Positions 25,385 to 39,837 of a stretch of DNA of 64,000 bases are shown in pieces. Below the pieces are notes generated by a model. It was given only the letters and a program-made list of their open reading frames with translations, searched no databases and was not told where the DNA came from. The translations under genes were made by a program, and so were the position numbers. Origin of the DNA: Octopus sinensis. Its lineage: Eukaryota. How positions within the stretch are numbered: position 1 is the first letter of the stretch; every line of letters starts with the position of its first letter. The stretch covers positions 14,136,001 through 14,200,000 of the forward strand of contig NC_043008.1 of the NCBI RefSeq assembly GCF_006345805.1, written 5' to 3'.

Positions 25385-25600
25385 TTGTTATTTTTTACAT
25401 TATTTACATTATTTACATTCAACGGATATTTGTCCTCATCTTGTTTATTGTTAACACAACGTTTCGGGCATATGGCGTAGCGGTTAAGGGCGCGGGCTAC
25501 TAACCCGAAGATTCTGGGTTCGATTCCAAGCAGTGACCAGAACAACAACAACAACAACAGCATCATCAACAACAACATCAACAACATCAACAAGAACAAC

Positions 25601-25637
<37 letters not shown>

Positions 25638-25643
25638 GTAATG

Positions 25644-25712
<69 letters not shown>

Positions 25713-25870
25713 TCGAAAAATACCTTAGGAATGAGAACCCAGGTTCGAAATTTCCCCAAGACACATGAAGAAGTCAGGAGTGTAGCCGAAATGTTGTGTG
25801 AACAACAAACAAGATGAGGACAAATATCCGTCGAATGTAAATAATGTAAACAATGTAAACAATGCACATA
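25385..25870 (+). mobile_element. Composite tRNA-head / (AAT)n / hammerhead-tail element, copy 2, with inverted 3'-end duplication at its 5' side
   Basis: Head 25472-25540, same tail as copy 1 at 25709-25870, mutated HHR (ATGAAGA...GAAATGTT) at 25760-25800; 25385-25468 is the reverse complement of the tail end. Confidence 0.8.
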
Positions 25871-26384
25871 TTTCCTCTTCTCTGAAATATAGAACTACGT
25901 ACTGTTATTTTGCCATACTCGTGTAGATATTAAATTCAATCGCATCGAAGATAATGTTCCGTGTATATGCTTGATAGGTTGTCAGTCGTTTTGAATAACG
26001 ATGGAGGTAAGCTGTTTTTATTGAATACATCTCATTCTGAAGGCTTTACTCAACCACTTCACACTCACTAGAGAGTCGATACATTTTACAGTGAACGATC
26101 ATGCAGTTGTTTTAATATATATTGTTGTTTTGTTTTCAGTGTAAAGAGGTGATGGATGATTTTATAATAATAGTTCTGCAACTATATAGAATTCTTATGT
26201 CCTTCAAGTGAGCGTTGTCATGGTGACATTTCTGTTTAGAGAATGATATAAATCCTTAAACTATATTGTATGTTGAAAATGGGTTTTTATTGGGTAACAC
26301 AAAAGTCACCGGGGTATTTAGAAAGGTTATGATATGTCAAATATTCCTACTTTTAATTCATTTTTGTTTAACATGTGGGATTTA

Positions 26385-26603
26385 CTCTTTTACTCTTTTA
26401 CTTGTTTCAGTCATTTGACTGCGGCCATGCTGGAGCACCGCCCTTACTCGAGCAAATCGACCCTAGGACTTATTCATTGTAAGACTAGTACTTATTCTAT
26501 CGGTCTCTTTTGCCGAACCGCTAAGTTACGGGGACGCAAACACACCAGCATCGGCTGTCAAGCGATGTTGGGGCGACAAACCCAGACACACAAATACACA
26601 CAC

Positions 26604-26642
<39 letters not shown>

Positions 26643-26797
26643 TACGATGGGATTCTTTTCGTTTCCGTCTACCAAATCCACTCACAAGGCTTTGGTCGGC
26701 CTGAGGCTATAGTAGAAGACACTTGCCGAAGGTGGCACGCAGTGCGAATGAACCCGGAACCATGTGGTTGGTAAGTACACAGCCACTCCTGTGCACA
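26385..26797 (-). mobile_element. SINE family A, full length
   Basis: Tail cagtcaaatgactgaaacaagtaaaagagtaaaagag; head ...ggagtggctgtg. Confidence 0.9.
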
Positions 26798-26939
26798 CAT
26801 GGATAAATTTATTATAAATGAAAACAGAAACAAAATTATCGAGTATAATTTTGGATTTAACCGATCCATTATTCACTCCATAGACTCTTCAATGTCAGGA
26901 AACGACCATCATATTACATGGCCTAGTGACTTGCCACGA

Positions 26940-28030
26940 TGTGGAAGAGCTCGTCCACACCGTTCAAAGATGAATCATCAATACATGTGAGACTCTGTTA
27001 AGGAAATACGAGGAACATCGACTCGAATATTCTCGAATGACATTGAGCTTTCTAAAAGATGGTTTGTACCTATACCCATGCAAAGTCCAGTTGGTACAGA
27101 AATTACAAACGACAGATTATTGACAAACAGGTAGATAACTCGACTCAACTGCAGACCCTGGATAATAATGATAATGTATTTGTTCATAACTCTTTACTCT
27201 CTTTTACTTATTTCAGTCATTTGACTGTGGCCATGCTGGAGCACCGCCTTTAGTCGAGCAAATCGACTCCAGGACTTATTCTTTGTAAGCCTGGTACTTA
27301 TTCTATCGGGTTTTTTTTCTTTTGCCCGAGTCATTAGTAAGAGACACTTGCCCAAGGTACCACGAAGTGGGACTGAACCCAGAACCATGTGGTTCGTAAG
27401 CAAGCTACTTACCACACAGCCACTCCTGCGCCTATAAGCTGATAAGGATGGGCGACGATTATTTCTATTTGAATTTTTTTAATGAGCTGAACTGGGATTT
27501 GATAATCCAAGGAATATTCATGAATGCGAGTTGCATCCACTCAAATGCACAGTCAAGTGTGGTCTAACTTCCTGAAAGATTATTGAACCGTACATTTTAA
27601 AGATTAAAATGGCAATATAATGACAGCAATTAGCGAACGGTATCGGGTAATATTCGAGACTGTTTTGCAGCTTAGCAGAACAAATATGAGATATTGTACC
27701 ATGACTCACACTGCTTGGAAAACGAATGGGCTTCAGGGTAAATTATTGGTCATCAATTATCTCTGCGAAATTGTGAAAGTCTATGGCCACCACGCTTTTC
27801 TGATCTGCCCTTTCCTGGTTTCCGTTTTGCGGGGGAGGGATAATTTGAGGAACATGTACACATCAATAAATCTCTCGACACACCAACAGCTTAAGTTTAG
27901 TATTTGTGAGGAATTTATTTGAGGTCTACAGTTAAAGATGTTAACAAGTGTTATAGAAAATTCTATCGGAAGTTTGCGCTTTTGTGAAATCGAAAAGAAA
28001 GGACACTGTAAAATTATTCATAATTAAATG
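26940..28030 (+). pseudogene. Decayed Tc1/mariner (IS630-like) transposase interrupted by a SINE
   Basis: Fragments LYLYPCKVQLVQKL, DNPRNIHECELHPLKCTV, NGNIMTAISERYRV and a WPPR-like motif; many stops. Confidence 0.65.
27190..27435 (-). mobile_element. Internally deleted SINE family A
   Basis: Tail and head joined without the middle section. Confidence 0.85.
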
Positions 28031-28757
28031 AGAATATAAATTTCCAGGGTTTGAAATTTTATTCCGTAGAAAAATTTGAATAATAAAAAATTATTCAAAT
28101 TATAATATTTTAAAATCTCCAGGTGATTTCCAAAACACTTTGTCTTTGCTTATTATATTTTCCCCCACTTTACATATATATATATATATACTTATATCTG
28201 CGTGTGTCTGAGTCTCTCTGTGTGTGTGTGTGCGTACGCGTGCTTATTTATGATTTTAAATATATGCATATCTTTTTGTCCCTATCTCTCCCCTACCTCT
28301 CTCCCCTCCCCTTCTCTCTCACTATCTCTCTCTATTTATCTATCTATCTAGTTAGCTAGCTAGCTATATATCTATCTTCTATCAATTAAGTTCTTTTCAG
28401 CTTTCAGGACAGTGACAAAGTAACATTGCTTTTATGTTTCACTCCAGATCAACTTGCATCTTCAAACACCTTCCTAGATCACGCTCACTTCCTATATTCG
28501 ATAATGTGAGTGTTGTAACTTTTCAGTTTCTCAACACAGTCGACAAGTGTTTCACTGGTGTGTTGAAGGGTGTCACAGAAAAACGGTATGGTTCTGAAGA
28601 CAAATTATTCTATTCAAGGTCGACTGGGATTCAACAACTTTTAATTCCTCCCCACATTATGTGGACTGCTTCAATAGGAAGAGTAGGAACCACAAGACCG
28701 ATGTTTCACATAATTTAAATCCATCGTATCAGTCATGCCGAAACCCCTATGCTACGC

Positions 28758-28831
<74 letters not shown>

Positions 28832-28869
28832 TGATGATGATGATGATGATAATAATAATAGTAATAATG

Positions 28870-29290
28870 TCTCCATGTACAGTCTTCTTGCGCCTACAGA
28901 ACATCTCAACATGCATGATAGAGCAGCACAATATATCCACTGGGTAATTTACAAAAACTTGGACTTGCCCCATGATAATAACTGGTGGAAACACAAACAA
29001 CCTCCAGCGCTTGAAAATGATCAAATCTCACTCCACTGGAACTTCACCATTCAAACTGACAGAAACATAGATGCGAATAGGCCAAACACTATATTGAAAA
29101 CCTCAAACAAAAAGCATGCCAACTCAATGATAATAATGTCCCAATCGACATAAATGTATTAGTCAAGACCTAGCAAAAACTGAGGAAGTATAAAGATCTT
29201 GAAATAGAAATTGGCAAAATGTAGAACCTCAAGATTAAAGAATACTTGTTGTCATAGGTGCCCTTGGAATGATAGTAAAAGGGGCTGATC
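28870..29290 (+). pseudogene. 3' fragment of an R4/Dong-like retrotransposon (restriction-like endonuclease domain)
   Basis: HDRAAQYIHW...WWKHKQPPALEND...WNFTIQTDRNIDANRP...KYKDLEIEI...VVIGALGMI; directly follows an (AAT)n tract. Confidence 0.8.
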
Positions 29291-29639
29291 CTTAGCTAGC
29301 TCAGATGCCAGGAAGTGGTGGGAGAGCATCAAGTCCTTCATGCAATACCAAGCAATAACTCTCTTGGCTTCTGATCTTAACTGATTGGGAGTATTATTAT
29401 GCATATTGTTTTGTCTTGCTATAAAAGATGGGCTACAGCAAATATTCTCCTCAATGCCACAGATATGCTTGTCAGTTGTTTGATCATAACGATTTGAGCG
29501 CGTTCTTTCGTGTCTGATGATATGTGCATCTCTCATTACGAGCAGAAGGAGTGGGGGAGCATGATAGCCATCTGTTGAGAGGAATTTTGGGTGTTTCGTT
29601 CAACATCTTTAAACGACCCTTATTCAAGAACCATTTCAA

Positions 29640-29880
29640 CGCGATGGGCTACTCGACCAGAAGAAAATTCTAACTGGGCTTCACTTTCAAGGTCATGCGC
29701 TGTTTATCTTCATATGAGATCACTGTGTCTCGCACATATGGTTATGATGCATGTGCCTGGTGTACTCATATCAAACGGGTAGTCATGATGGGTATAATAC
29801 TGGGCTTCATATATTTTACCCTAGTGTCACTTTGATGTCATGCACTGCTCTGTCACTCAATAAAATTAATAATAAACTGC
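29640..29880 (+). repeat. Unclassified interspersed repeat 3' end with AAT-type tail
   Basis: GC-richer segment ending ...gtcactttgatgtcatgcactgctctgtcactcaataaaattaataataa; single copy here. Confidence 0.35.
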
Positions 29881-30298
29881 CAAAACGCATGGAAGACTTA
29901 AATGATCTCAGTGTTGTTATCTCCTAAAATTTATGCAACGAAGTTTCCAGTCCCTTGCCTTACAGTTTGAGCTAAAGCATCAACTTTGACATCAACAATT
30001 ACTACAAAAACCGAGCCAGCAGCTGCAATAATAATATCAACAATGAAATTATACAATAACATCAATTCAAATAAATAATAAAAAAAGAATATTCATGAAA
30101 TAAATTAGAAGAGGATGATGGGGAGGAGGAGGAAGAGCAGAAGGAGGATGATCATCACTATGATGATCGTAATCATCATCACTTCTTAACCTCATACGTA
30201 TATATATGTATATATATATGTGCGTGTGATATGTATATATGTATGTATATATACATATATATATATGTATATATATATGTATGTATGCATATGTATGC

Positions 30299-30340
<42 letters not shown>

Positions 30341-30793
30341 CACATGTACATCCATTCATACGTACATACATGCATACATACAAAAGATTAATGATTTCTA
30401 AGATGATTTCTTCTGGCGCCATTCATTTATGTGTAAATCAATTATGTTGCAGAATGACATACAAACACACACACTCACACACACACCCATGCACACGCAC
30501 ATACATACATGAGGGTATTTATGTATATGTTTATTATACAGACACACACAGACATTCACAAATACACACGCATGCCGAATATAGGGGGTATCTATGTATA
30601 TGATTATTATATACACACACACACATTTATATGCATCGATATTTATGTATGTATAAGTGACTGCATGTGGGGAGGTGCACCTACACACAGATATATACAA
30701 TGATAGATAGGGAGAGCGAGAGAGAGAAGCAATGAAGAGAAACCTTCGCATATTTGGAAAAATTACATAAATATGTGTCTACATGTATGTATG

Positions 30794-30837
<44 letters not shown>

Positions 30838-30856
30838 ATATATATATAATATATAT

Positions 30857-30935
<79 letters not shown>

Positions 30936-31548
30936 TATATACAGTCACGTATACATACATATTCATACACGAACATAACCAGCGTGCCCATACAGAAAGA
31001 GAGAGAGAGTGGAGAGTGGGTGTGAAATATAGACAGGCTGTATATGTACGTATATAAATATTAAAATATTTGCTTGCCTGTTTCTCATTGAAACTGAACT
31101 GTGTCTGGATCACAAACAATGCAGTTTCTACCATTGTGATATTTTGCTATATAATCAGATAAACAATAATTTGTATAAAATTCCATCAACAGAACGACTG
31201 CAGTCCCGCAGACACCAAAGTGAAACAAAGAACTCCCATCGACACCAAATCAAAGAATTTACTACTTGGCCTCTTCTTCTTACGTCTCAATTGATGAATT
31301 ATTAAAGCACAAACCATACTTTCCTACCGTTGTTAATGAGTGCCTTAATATCTAATTATCCCCTCAACTGACCAAGAATATAAATGTTGCTGTTCAAAGG
31401 AATTGTTGAGAATTCTTCAATATTTAGCACTCGTGACATTAAATGTGTGTTTGTTTCCTTAGTTTTCGTAGACACATTTCCATATACGTGCTTTCGCTTT
31501 GCTTTCTTCTTTTCTGCCTTATCTTCTCTTTCTTCCTCGCCACCAAGG

Positions 31549-31582
<34 letters not shown>

Positions 31583-31659
31583 CATGTGTGTATCTATGTA
31601 CATATGCATATATATGTATGTATATTCACACTACAACCTATATACATATACACATATAT

Positions 31660-31744
<85 letters not shown>

Positions 31745-31756
31745 TATATATATATA

Positions 31757-31790
<34 letters not shown>

Positions 31791-31802
31791 TATACATATA
31801 CT

Positions 31803-31881
<79 letters not shown>

Positions 31882-31885
31882 ATAT

Positions 31886-33751
31886 ACTGTTGTCACTTTT
31901 GTTGTTTTGTTGTCTTGTTGTTTTAGTGCTGTTTTGCTTTTTGTAATTATCTCTTCAATACTGAAGAGGTTTGGAAACTGACCTGAACTCTATGAAGCAG
32001 TACAATTGTGTTTGTAATTCTGCAATCATATTTGTTACTGCAGGCGCCAACAAAGTTGGGTAAATTCAACATTAAAGTGCTCATTGGGAATGGCTGCAAC
32101 CTCGCTGATTCTGTGGGCCAGTGCTTGATCACTCTGTCTGGTCAATTATCCTTCACTTAATTCCATTATCTCCACAGGCATCATTATTTCTGTGCAGTCT
32201 AATATACATATCTCTGTAAGAGAATGTAGATGAATCAGTGTCATTTGACGCCAACAATAATACTTGCTGTAGATTATTTTTGATTTTCATGCCGACTCCA
32301 TCATTTCTTGTGATTCACTGAACACAAAGCCATGGTAGTCCTAATTGTTGAAATAATAGCCCGGCGGTTGGGATGTTGAAGGTTGTGAACAGTGTTATAA
32401 AACGAAGATTCAAGGAAATATGAACAGTAACTTTGACTACGCATTACTATCTCGAAGTCGTTTTCTTAAAAGTCATTATGAATCGAAAGATATAGTAAAG
32501 TCTATCAATGTAGTGAAGAAAATATTTATTCCTTTTAATAGAAACTTGCGTTTGAACTATGTGGTTGTAGCAGATTTTCATAAATATTCCATGAATGGTA
32601 AAGGGTGCCGTTGGATTTTGCAACTTTTGAAAACTAAGATTAGCTTATTGGCATCTAAAATAGACTTTTACCTAATGAGAACATAGTGAGTTTTTTTGTC
32701 TTCGTTACAGACTAAGGTGTAAAAGTATGTATATCTAAATATTATATATATAAATATATATATATATATATACATACATATATATATATATATATACATA
32801 TATATAATATACATATATATACATATACTTATATATATATTATATATTATATATATATACTATATATATATATATATAATATATATATATATGTATATAT
32901 ACTGTTGTCACTTTTGTTGTTTTGTTGTCTTGTTGTTTTAGTGCTGTTTTGCTTTTTGTAATTATCTCTTCAATACTGAAGAGGTTTGGAAACTGACCTG
33001 AACTCTATGAAGCAGTACAATTGTGTTTGTAATTCTGCAATCATATTTGTTACTGCAGGCGCCAACAAAGTTGGGTAAATTCAACATTAAGTGCTCATTG
33101 GGAATGGCTGCAACCTCGCTGATTCTGTGGGCCAGTGCTTGATCACTCTGTCTGGTCAATTATCCTTCACTTAATTCCATTATCTCCACAGGCATCATTA
33201 TTCTGTGCAGTCTAATATACATATCTCTGTAAGAGAATGTAGATGAATCAGTGTCATTTGACGCCAACAATAATACTTGCTGTAGATTATTTTTGATTTT
33301 CATGCCGACTCCATCATTTCTTGTGATTCACTGAACACAAAGCCATGGTAGTCCTAATTGTTGAAATAATAGCCCGGCGGTTGGGATGTTGAAGGTGTGA
33401 ACAGTGTTATAAAACGAAGATTCAAGGAAATATGAACAGTAACTTTGACTACGCATTACTATCTCGAAGTCGTTTTCTTAAAAGTCATTATGAATCGAAA
33501 GATATAGTAAAGTCTATCAATGTAGTGAAGAAAATATTTATTCCTTTTAATAGAAACTTGCGTTTGAACTATGTGGTGTAGCAGATTTTCATAAATATTC
33601 CATGAATGGTAAAGGGTGCCGTTGGATTTTGCAACTTTTGAAAACTAAGATTAGCTTATTGGCATCTAAAATAGACTTTTACCTAATGAGAACATAGTGA
33701 GTTTTTTTGTCTTCGTTACAGACTAAGGTGTAAAAGTATGTATATCTAAAT
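31886..33751. repeat. Near-identical about 860-bp direct duplication separated by (TA)n (period about 1015 bp)
   Basis: Copies at 31886-32740 and 32901-33751 differ almost only by single-base indels. The unit contains a weak APE-endonuclease-like relic on - (RNDGVGMKIKNNL). Confidence 0.92.
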
Positions 33752-33914
33752 ATTATATATATAATATATATATATATTACATACCTATATATATATACAT
33801 ACATATATATATATATATATTATATATATATATATACATATATATATGTATATATATATATATATATATATACATATACTTATATATATATATATATATA
33901 TACATATATATATA

Positions 33915-34100
33915 CATATCTTCTCCCCGGGCTATCCCATTCTTCTCCCTTTCCTCTTCTCTGAATTTGCTTCCAGCATCTGACGAAGGGCCGTTCTAGA
34001 AACGTTTTATTTTCACACTTATTCTTCGATGAAAACATTTCAACGAACGTCGATCTAATATAATTAATGTGTAAATCCAACTCACTCTTTCTATTTTTCC
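33915..34100 (+). mobile_element. Penelope-type terminal repeat relic with hammerhead core
   Basis: CTGACGA-agggccgttcta-GAAACGTT at 33980-34006 next to (TA)n; stems poorly paired. Confidence 0.45.
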
Positions 34101-35890
34101 TGTTTTTTTTTTCTTTTTGTTCATGAATTTTCAGGACTAATGATAGGATAATTCATTACAGGCATTACAACAGTTTCCTCATCACTAATAATTATTTACC
34201 AGGATCACATAGTCAGAGCTAGTCAGATGTAGGTATGTTGTAATTGTTCTTCTGGTTAATTGTCTTTGTTAGATACACATCCTTCAGTGATTTTGCTACG
34301 ATGCTAATATAATATCTACACTACAGTCTGCCGTTCGTAGTCTTTATTGCGACTATTAATGTTAGTGTTGGATTAATATTCTATTGAAACGATAGTATTT
34401 ATTATTTAGAACTTAATATGTTTGTTTATAGAATAAATTTCAATTTCTACTTTGTTGATACGATATTTAAACATTACAAAATATAAATTGAACACAAATT
34501 TTATTACTCTATGAAGTTGGTTGGCTACGTGTGAGAAATATATTATTCGTTCAGTTCTATAATTTGAATTGCAAATCTAGAGATGTCTTCAATTTTGTTT
34601 TTGTTTCTGTTATTTTTTCATCTATTTAGAGTTTTAGATCGATGTGTACAGACTTAGAGGAGTAAGTTACCTATTAAAAAGTTACCGCTCTGAGCCTGAT
34701 CTTATACTTGGTTATATTTTTATGTTTATTGTATATTTATGAAATTGATGGGGGAAAAAACCTAGATAAATATGAAACATTAAGACCTATACATATTTAC
34801 ATTTGCTTTGGGAGTATATTCTACAACTGATAAAAAGAAATATCACAAGTCTAACAGCTTAAGGCAATTGAAGTTTTTCTTAGGAAGTTCAATTTTTATT
34901 GCAATATTAATATGAAAATGTTCCTGTTATATGTGATAACTACACAACATTATATGTTCCTAAGTCTCTAGAGGCTGTACTTTTCAGGATATCATCGAAT
35001 GGAATCTTTTTCAATAAGATTTACTGCAAAACAAATGAATTCTAAAGGCGTTTGCTTTTTTTTTTTCATCATTGAATTAGGATGTTAAGAGAGAAAAACA
35101 TACTGGTTCAGAATTAGTTCGTGTTTAAATTTTTCAGTGAAAACATTCTAAATAAATGATGAGCGCAGAACGAGTTGAGTCGAGATTAGATACTTTCAAA
35201 AAAACTTAACCGTTGATTGCTTCAAATATGTACGAATTACTAACTAATTACTTCATATTTGATGCATGTAACGACGACACTCAGAGGTAATACACAGAAT
35301 CTAGGATGAGGTTTCATGACTTTATGTATGTGCGAACAAATTGTTTTAATAAATATAGTATTAAAGCTATCTTTACTTGTAGTGTATGTCAATATACACC
35401 ATTGTTTTCCCTTTTTCAAAATATTTCCAAGTGAATGACGTACAGATCAGTGCGGTAAGAAACATTTGAATATTCACTTATTTTCTAGATTTGTCAGATA
35501 AAAGTAATCTTTTATAAGATACATACTTCTAAGATGCTGATGGTGTCCGCAGCAGATGTATTTCCCTTCTGATAAGGGAACAATTATTTTTGTATGTATT
35601 TATGATAAGGATGACAGCGATGTAAACGCATCGATATTTGTAATCTTGGTATAATACGTATCTCGTGTTCAACTTTGGGTCGGACGGAAAAATATAATTA
35701 AGGGTTTTCACACGGTGCAGTTATAAACATAGTTTAATTTTGAAGAATTTTGTTTGAACTTCACTTCAAGAATTATGGACGAAGAGATTTAGGAGAATGA
35801 TGTATTATAATATATATTTTCATTCATATTGATGTCAGATCAGTTAGTCAACTAAACATGATTTTTTGCGGTGGTAAATTTGCTCCACAC

Positions 35891-36195
35891 GGGAGGCCAA
35901 TGGTCCAGTGGTTAGGGCAGTGGGGTGGCGGTCGGAGGATCGTGGTTGCAATTTCCAGACCGGGTGTTGTGTGTGTTTATTGAGCGAAAACACCTAAAAG
36001 CTCCACGTGGCTCTGGCAGAAGATGGTGGCGACCTCTGTTGTACTCTTTCACCACAACTTTCACTCACTCTTTCTCTTCCTGTTTCTTCAGTAACGCTGC
36101 GATGGACTGGCGTCCCGTCCAGCTGGAGGAAACACGTACGCCACAGAAACCGGGAAACTGGGCCCATGAGGCTGGCTAGGCGTGAAAAGGGCGAT
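35891..36195 (+). mobile_element. SINE family C, tail type 2
   Basis: Same tail as 16186-16480. Confidence 0.85.
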
Positions 36196-36510
36196 GTTTT
36201 TTTTTAATCTGTTCCACATCACTTCGGATCGGACAATCCTATGAGTAAAAATGTTGCCCAACCATATACACATTTAGACACGACGTAATCACAAATGAGG
36301 GGTGGTTTCAAGGACATTCAGTGTCTATTTCAAGTATGTTAACTGAATTTGTTAGAAGTAAAATAGTCAAGAATATCAATATTGCTTACAGAAAGAAAAG
36401 AATGAAAATTATGTAAGTAGTGTGCAGCTAAAGAAGCATGAAACTGATTTCTCAACCAGCAAGTAAAAAGAAATCTATTCTCCCACACAGCACATCCTAA
36501 ATGCTTAAGA

Positions 36511-36895
36511 GGAGGCGCAATGGCCCAGTGGTTAGGGCAGCGGACTCGCGGTCATAGGATCGCGGTTTCGATTCCCAGACGGGGCGTTGTGAGTGTTTAT
36601 TGAGAGAAAACACCTAAAGCTCCACGAGGCTCCGGCAGGTGATGGTGGTGATCCCTGTTGTACTCTTTCACCAAAACTTTCTCTCACTCTTACTTCCTGT
36701 TTCTGTTGTACCTGTATTTCAAAGGGCCGGCGTCGTCACTCTATGTGTCACGCTGAATATCCCCGAGAACTACGTTAAGAGTACACGTGTCTGTGGAGTG
36801 CTCAGCCACTTACACGTTAATTTCACGAGCAGGCTGTTCCGTTGATTCCGATCAACCGGAACTCTCGTCGTCGTAACCGACGGAGTGCTTCCACA
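36511..36895 (+). mobile_element. SINE family C, tail type 3
   Basis: Full length, 12-bp TSD aaatgcttaaga. Confidence 0.92.
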
Positions 36896-39100
36896 AATGC
36901 TTAAGAAAGTAAAGAACCCTATTAAATTAGTCCGGTCATAGATATTAAAATACAAATAAGGAGATCAAGGTGAGAAACTACTCATCTAAGATTTTACTGC
37001 GCTTTAATTTGATGTTAAACATCACAGAAAAAATTATCTATTACACATTGGTATAAGCCAAAAGTTGTGTATAGGATCCCGAGCAAAGGTAACACAACTT
37101 GTTCCTGTGCATCAATGACTCTGATCGTGTTGGCCGAAAAATAAAATTGAAAAATACATGTTTAAACTCAATAAGTCTAATAATATATAGCAAGGAACCT
37201 AGGCCAACTTCAGCTGCTTAATGTGAAATATGAAGCTGCTAATATTAGATAACCTAATATGTAAAATAAATTATTATTTTCTTGATATATATATATATAT
37301 ATATACCAATTAAGGACTGAACACGAAAAGTGGACAGTCAACATGCTAGATATAGACGTCAAATCGCCATTCTCCACAAAAGATTATGTTCTCAGATCAA
37401 ACTTAATTTCTACCCTTAATTAATTTTATATATATATATATGGTTCCACATCAGGAGAAACAAAGTTCCATAAAAGAACGGATGTTTTTTTTATTACAAA
37501 GCATTCCCCAAAATCATTCAACCATGAAAATTACCATTCATAGGGATGTACCTAACAGATATGCTTTTAATTACTTTCGAAAATAATCCATCCATAAACA
37601 TCCTTGCTCAAAACGTTCATTTAAACCATTACATACGTGCTCACACACAAGTAAAAAATGCACCTCTCACCAACCATATTAATATCACACCCACCAATCT
37701 ATTATTGTAAGAAATAGAAACGCCACATGACAAAAAAATAATATAAACAACCAATGAAGAGACGGGGGATCATCAACCAATCTCTAAATAAACAAAAAGC
37801 AAAATGAAGTAAAATCGTAAGTACAACGAAACAGATATACCTTTACTTTTAATATCGTGTATATTCCGATCGGTTTCATAACAATGCCTCTTTTAGCTAT
37901 CTTGGTTTATAATTTATTGGCATTCCGATACCTATGAACAACTACTTCGTTTTATATTATAATTTTACTACATAATAACGAACTGATCGATATCATTTAA
38001 ACTAAACACAATAAATGATATCGATTGACATCGGGATGGAGTTAACTTTTCAGTTTCATACAGAGATATTACATACATATATACATATAACTTACGTAGT
38101 CATACATTCACACAGATATCTACACACACATATGACGTGTGAACAGATATATAATTCTTCAAGGTCATTTGCATATAACCACAAGAATATCTGTATTGTC
38201 AAATATCCTAGAACATTTAATGAGAATAAATGAACCAGCTGACAATATCATAAATAGATGGAGTAGCACTTTCCAAATAGACCTTGCAGAGTTTACTACA
38301 ATAAGCCGTTATAGCTTTACACATGAGGTGGGTTACAACTGATCTACTGATAATAAAGTGCACTCAAGTTATTCAATGAACAGATATTTATCCTATAAAA
38401 AATCACTGAACAATAACTAAAATTATAGATGAAGGCATTTAAACATTTCTAGGTGTTGTTCGTAAGAGGTTTTAGTGAAATATCCGCTAAATAGCTGAGA
38501 TAATTTTCTTTAGCATAATTCCATCATGACAGCCAAGACGGATTTGTATCTTTCAGAGGCTTGCATTAACATTTGTAACTTAAAACCATGAAAGACCAAT
38601 TCTCTTTCGTTATATCAGAATATAGAATGATTATAAAGCTAGGTATAATAAGCTGGCAGTACAATAATATAAAGTTGATATTGTTAAGTTGGAAAGAGAA
38701 TACGATGAGAGACACAATCGACTGAACAATGGAATGATATAAGTAACTTTCAGAATAATATTAGAGTGGTAACGAAGTGTTATAACATTGTTGATTGTAC
38801 AGGAATGATAGTGAACAAATACCAAATAGAGATTGACACTAATTGAAACACTATTAAAAAACATTAATGGCCACAATGCATTTTATCACGATGTTTCATG
38901 AATTATTAATTGTAGAATAAATAGATCTAGATTTCCCCTACAACTTATGAAATGATTTTTAAGTAAACGATAGGAAACATGTCGTCTGCCCAGGCAGCTT
39001 CATATTGATGACTTCTAAATTAATCATATCTAGATTAGTATTTTGAATTTTAGATTCAAGGACAAAGAAGAAGATATGTTTAACAAAATAGACTTATTTA

Positions 39101-39505
39101 AGGCGGCGAGCTGGCAGAAACGCTAGCACACCGCGCGAAATACTTAACGGTATTTCGTCTTCCGCTACGTTATGTGTTGAAGTTCCGCCGAGGTCGACTT
39201 TGCCTTTTATCCTTTCGGAGTCGATTAAATAAGTACCAGTTACGCATTGGGGTCGATATATTCTACTTAACCCGTTTGTCTGTCCTTGTTTGTCCTCTCT
39301 GCGTTTAGCCTCTTGTGGGTAATAAACAAATAGGTATTTTGTCTTCTGCTACGTTCTGAGTTCATGTTCCGCCGAGGGCGATTTTGTTTTTCATCCTTTC
39401 GGGGTCGATTAAATAAGTACCAGTTACGCACTGGGGTCGATATAATCGACTTAATCCGTTTGTCTGTCCTTGTTTTGTCCCCTTTGTGGGCAGTAAAGAA
39501 ATAAG
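39101..39505 (+). mobile_element. SINE family B dimer
   Basis: Internal junction aaataggtattt at 39328-39339. Confidence 0.88.
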
Positions 39506-39837
39506 AATATAATTATTTCATTATTTTTTCTAACTCACTCATTTCAAAGATCTTGAGATATAGCTTCAACAATGTAAGAAAAAATAAAGCAAAACCCAAC
39601 TAATATGTGGTCACTGTCCTCAGCAGTGGGTCTCTTAAATTTTTTCTTCCCCCTAAATAGTGCTTATAATGTTTCAAATTTAAATATCAATTACAATGTA
39701 AATGGTAGGGTTTATTCCTGTCGGTAACACGGAGAAAATGATAGGCAACTGCGATTAGTTTGACGTAGGTACAATTATTTATCCCGGTAAGGCTATATGA
39801 CAGCAAAATTCGAGTCAGGATACTATGAGTAAGCGTA

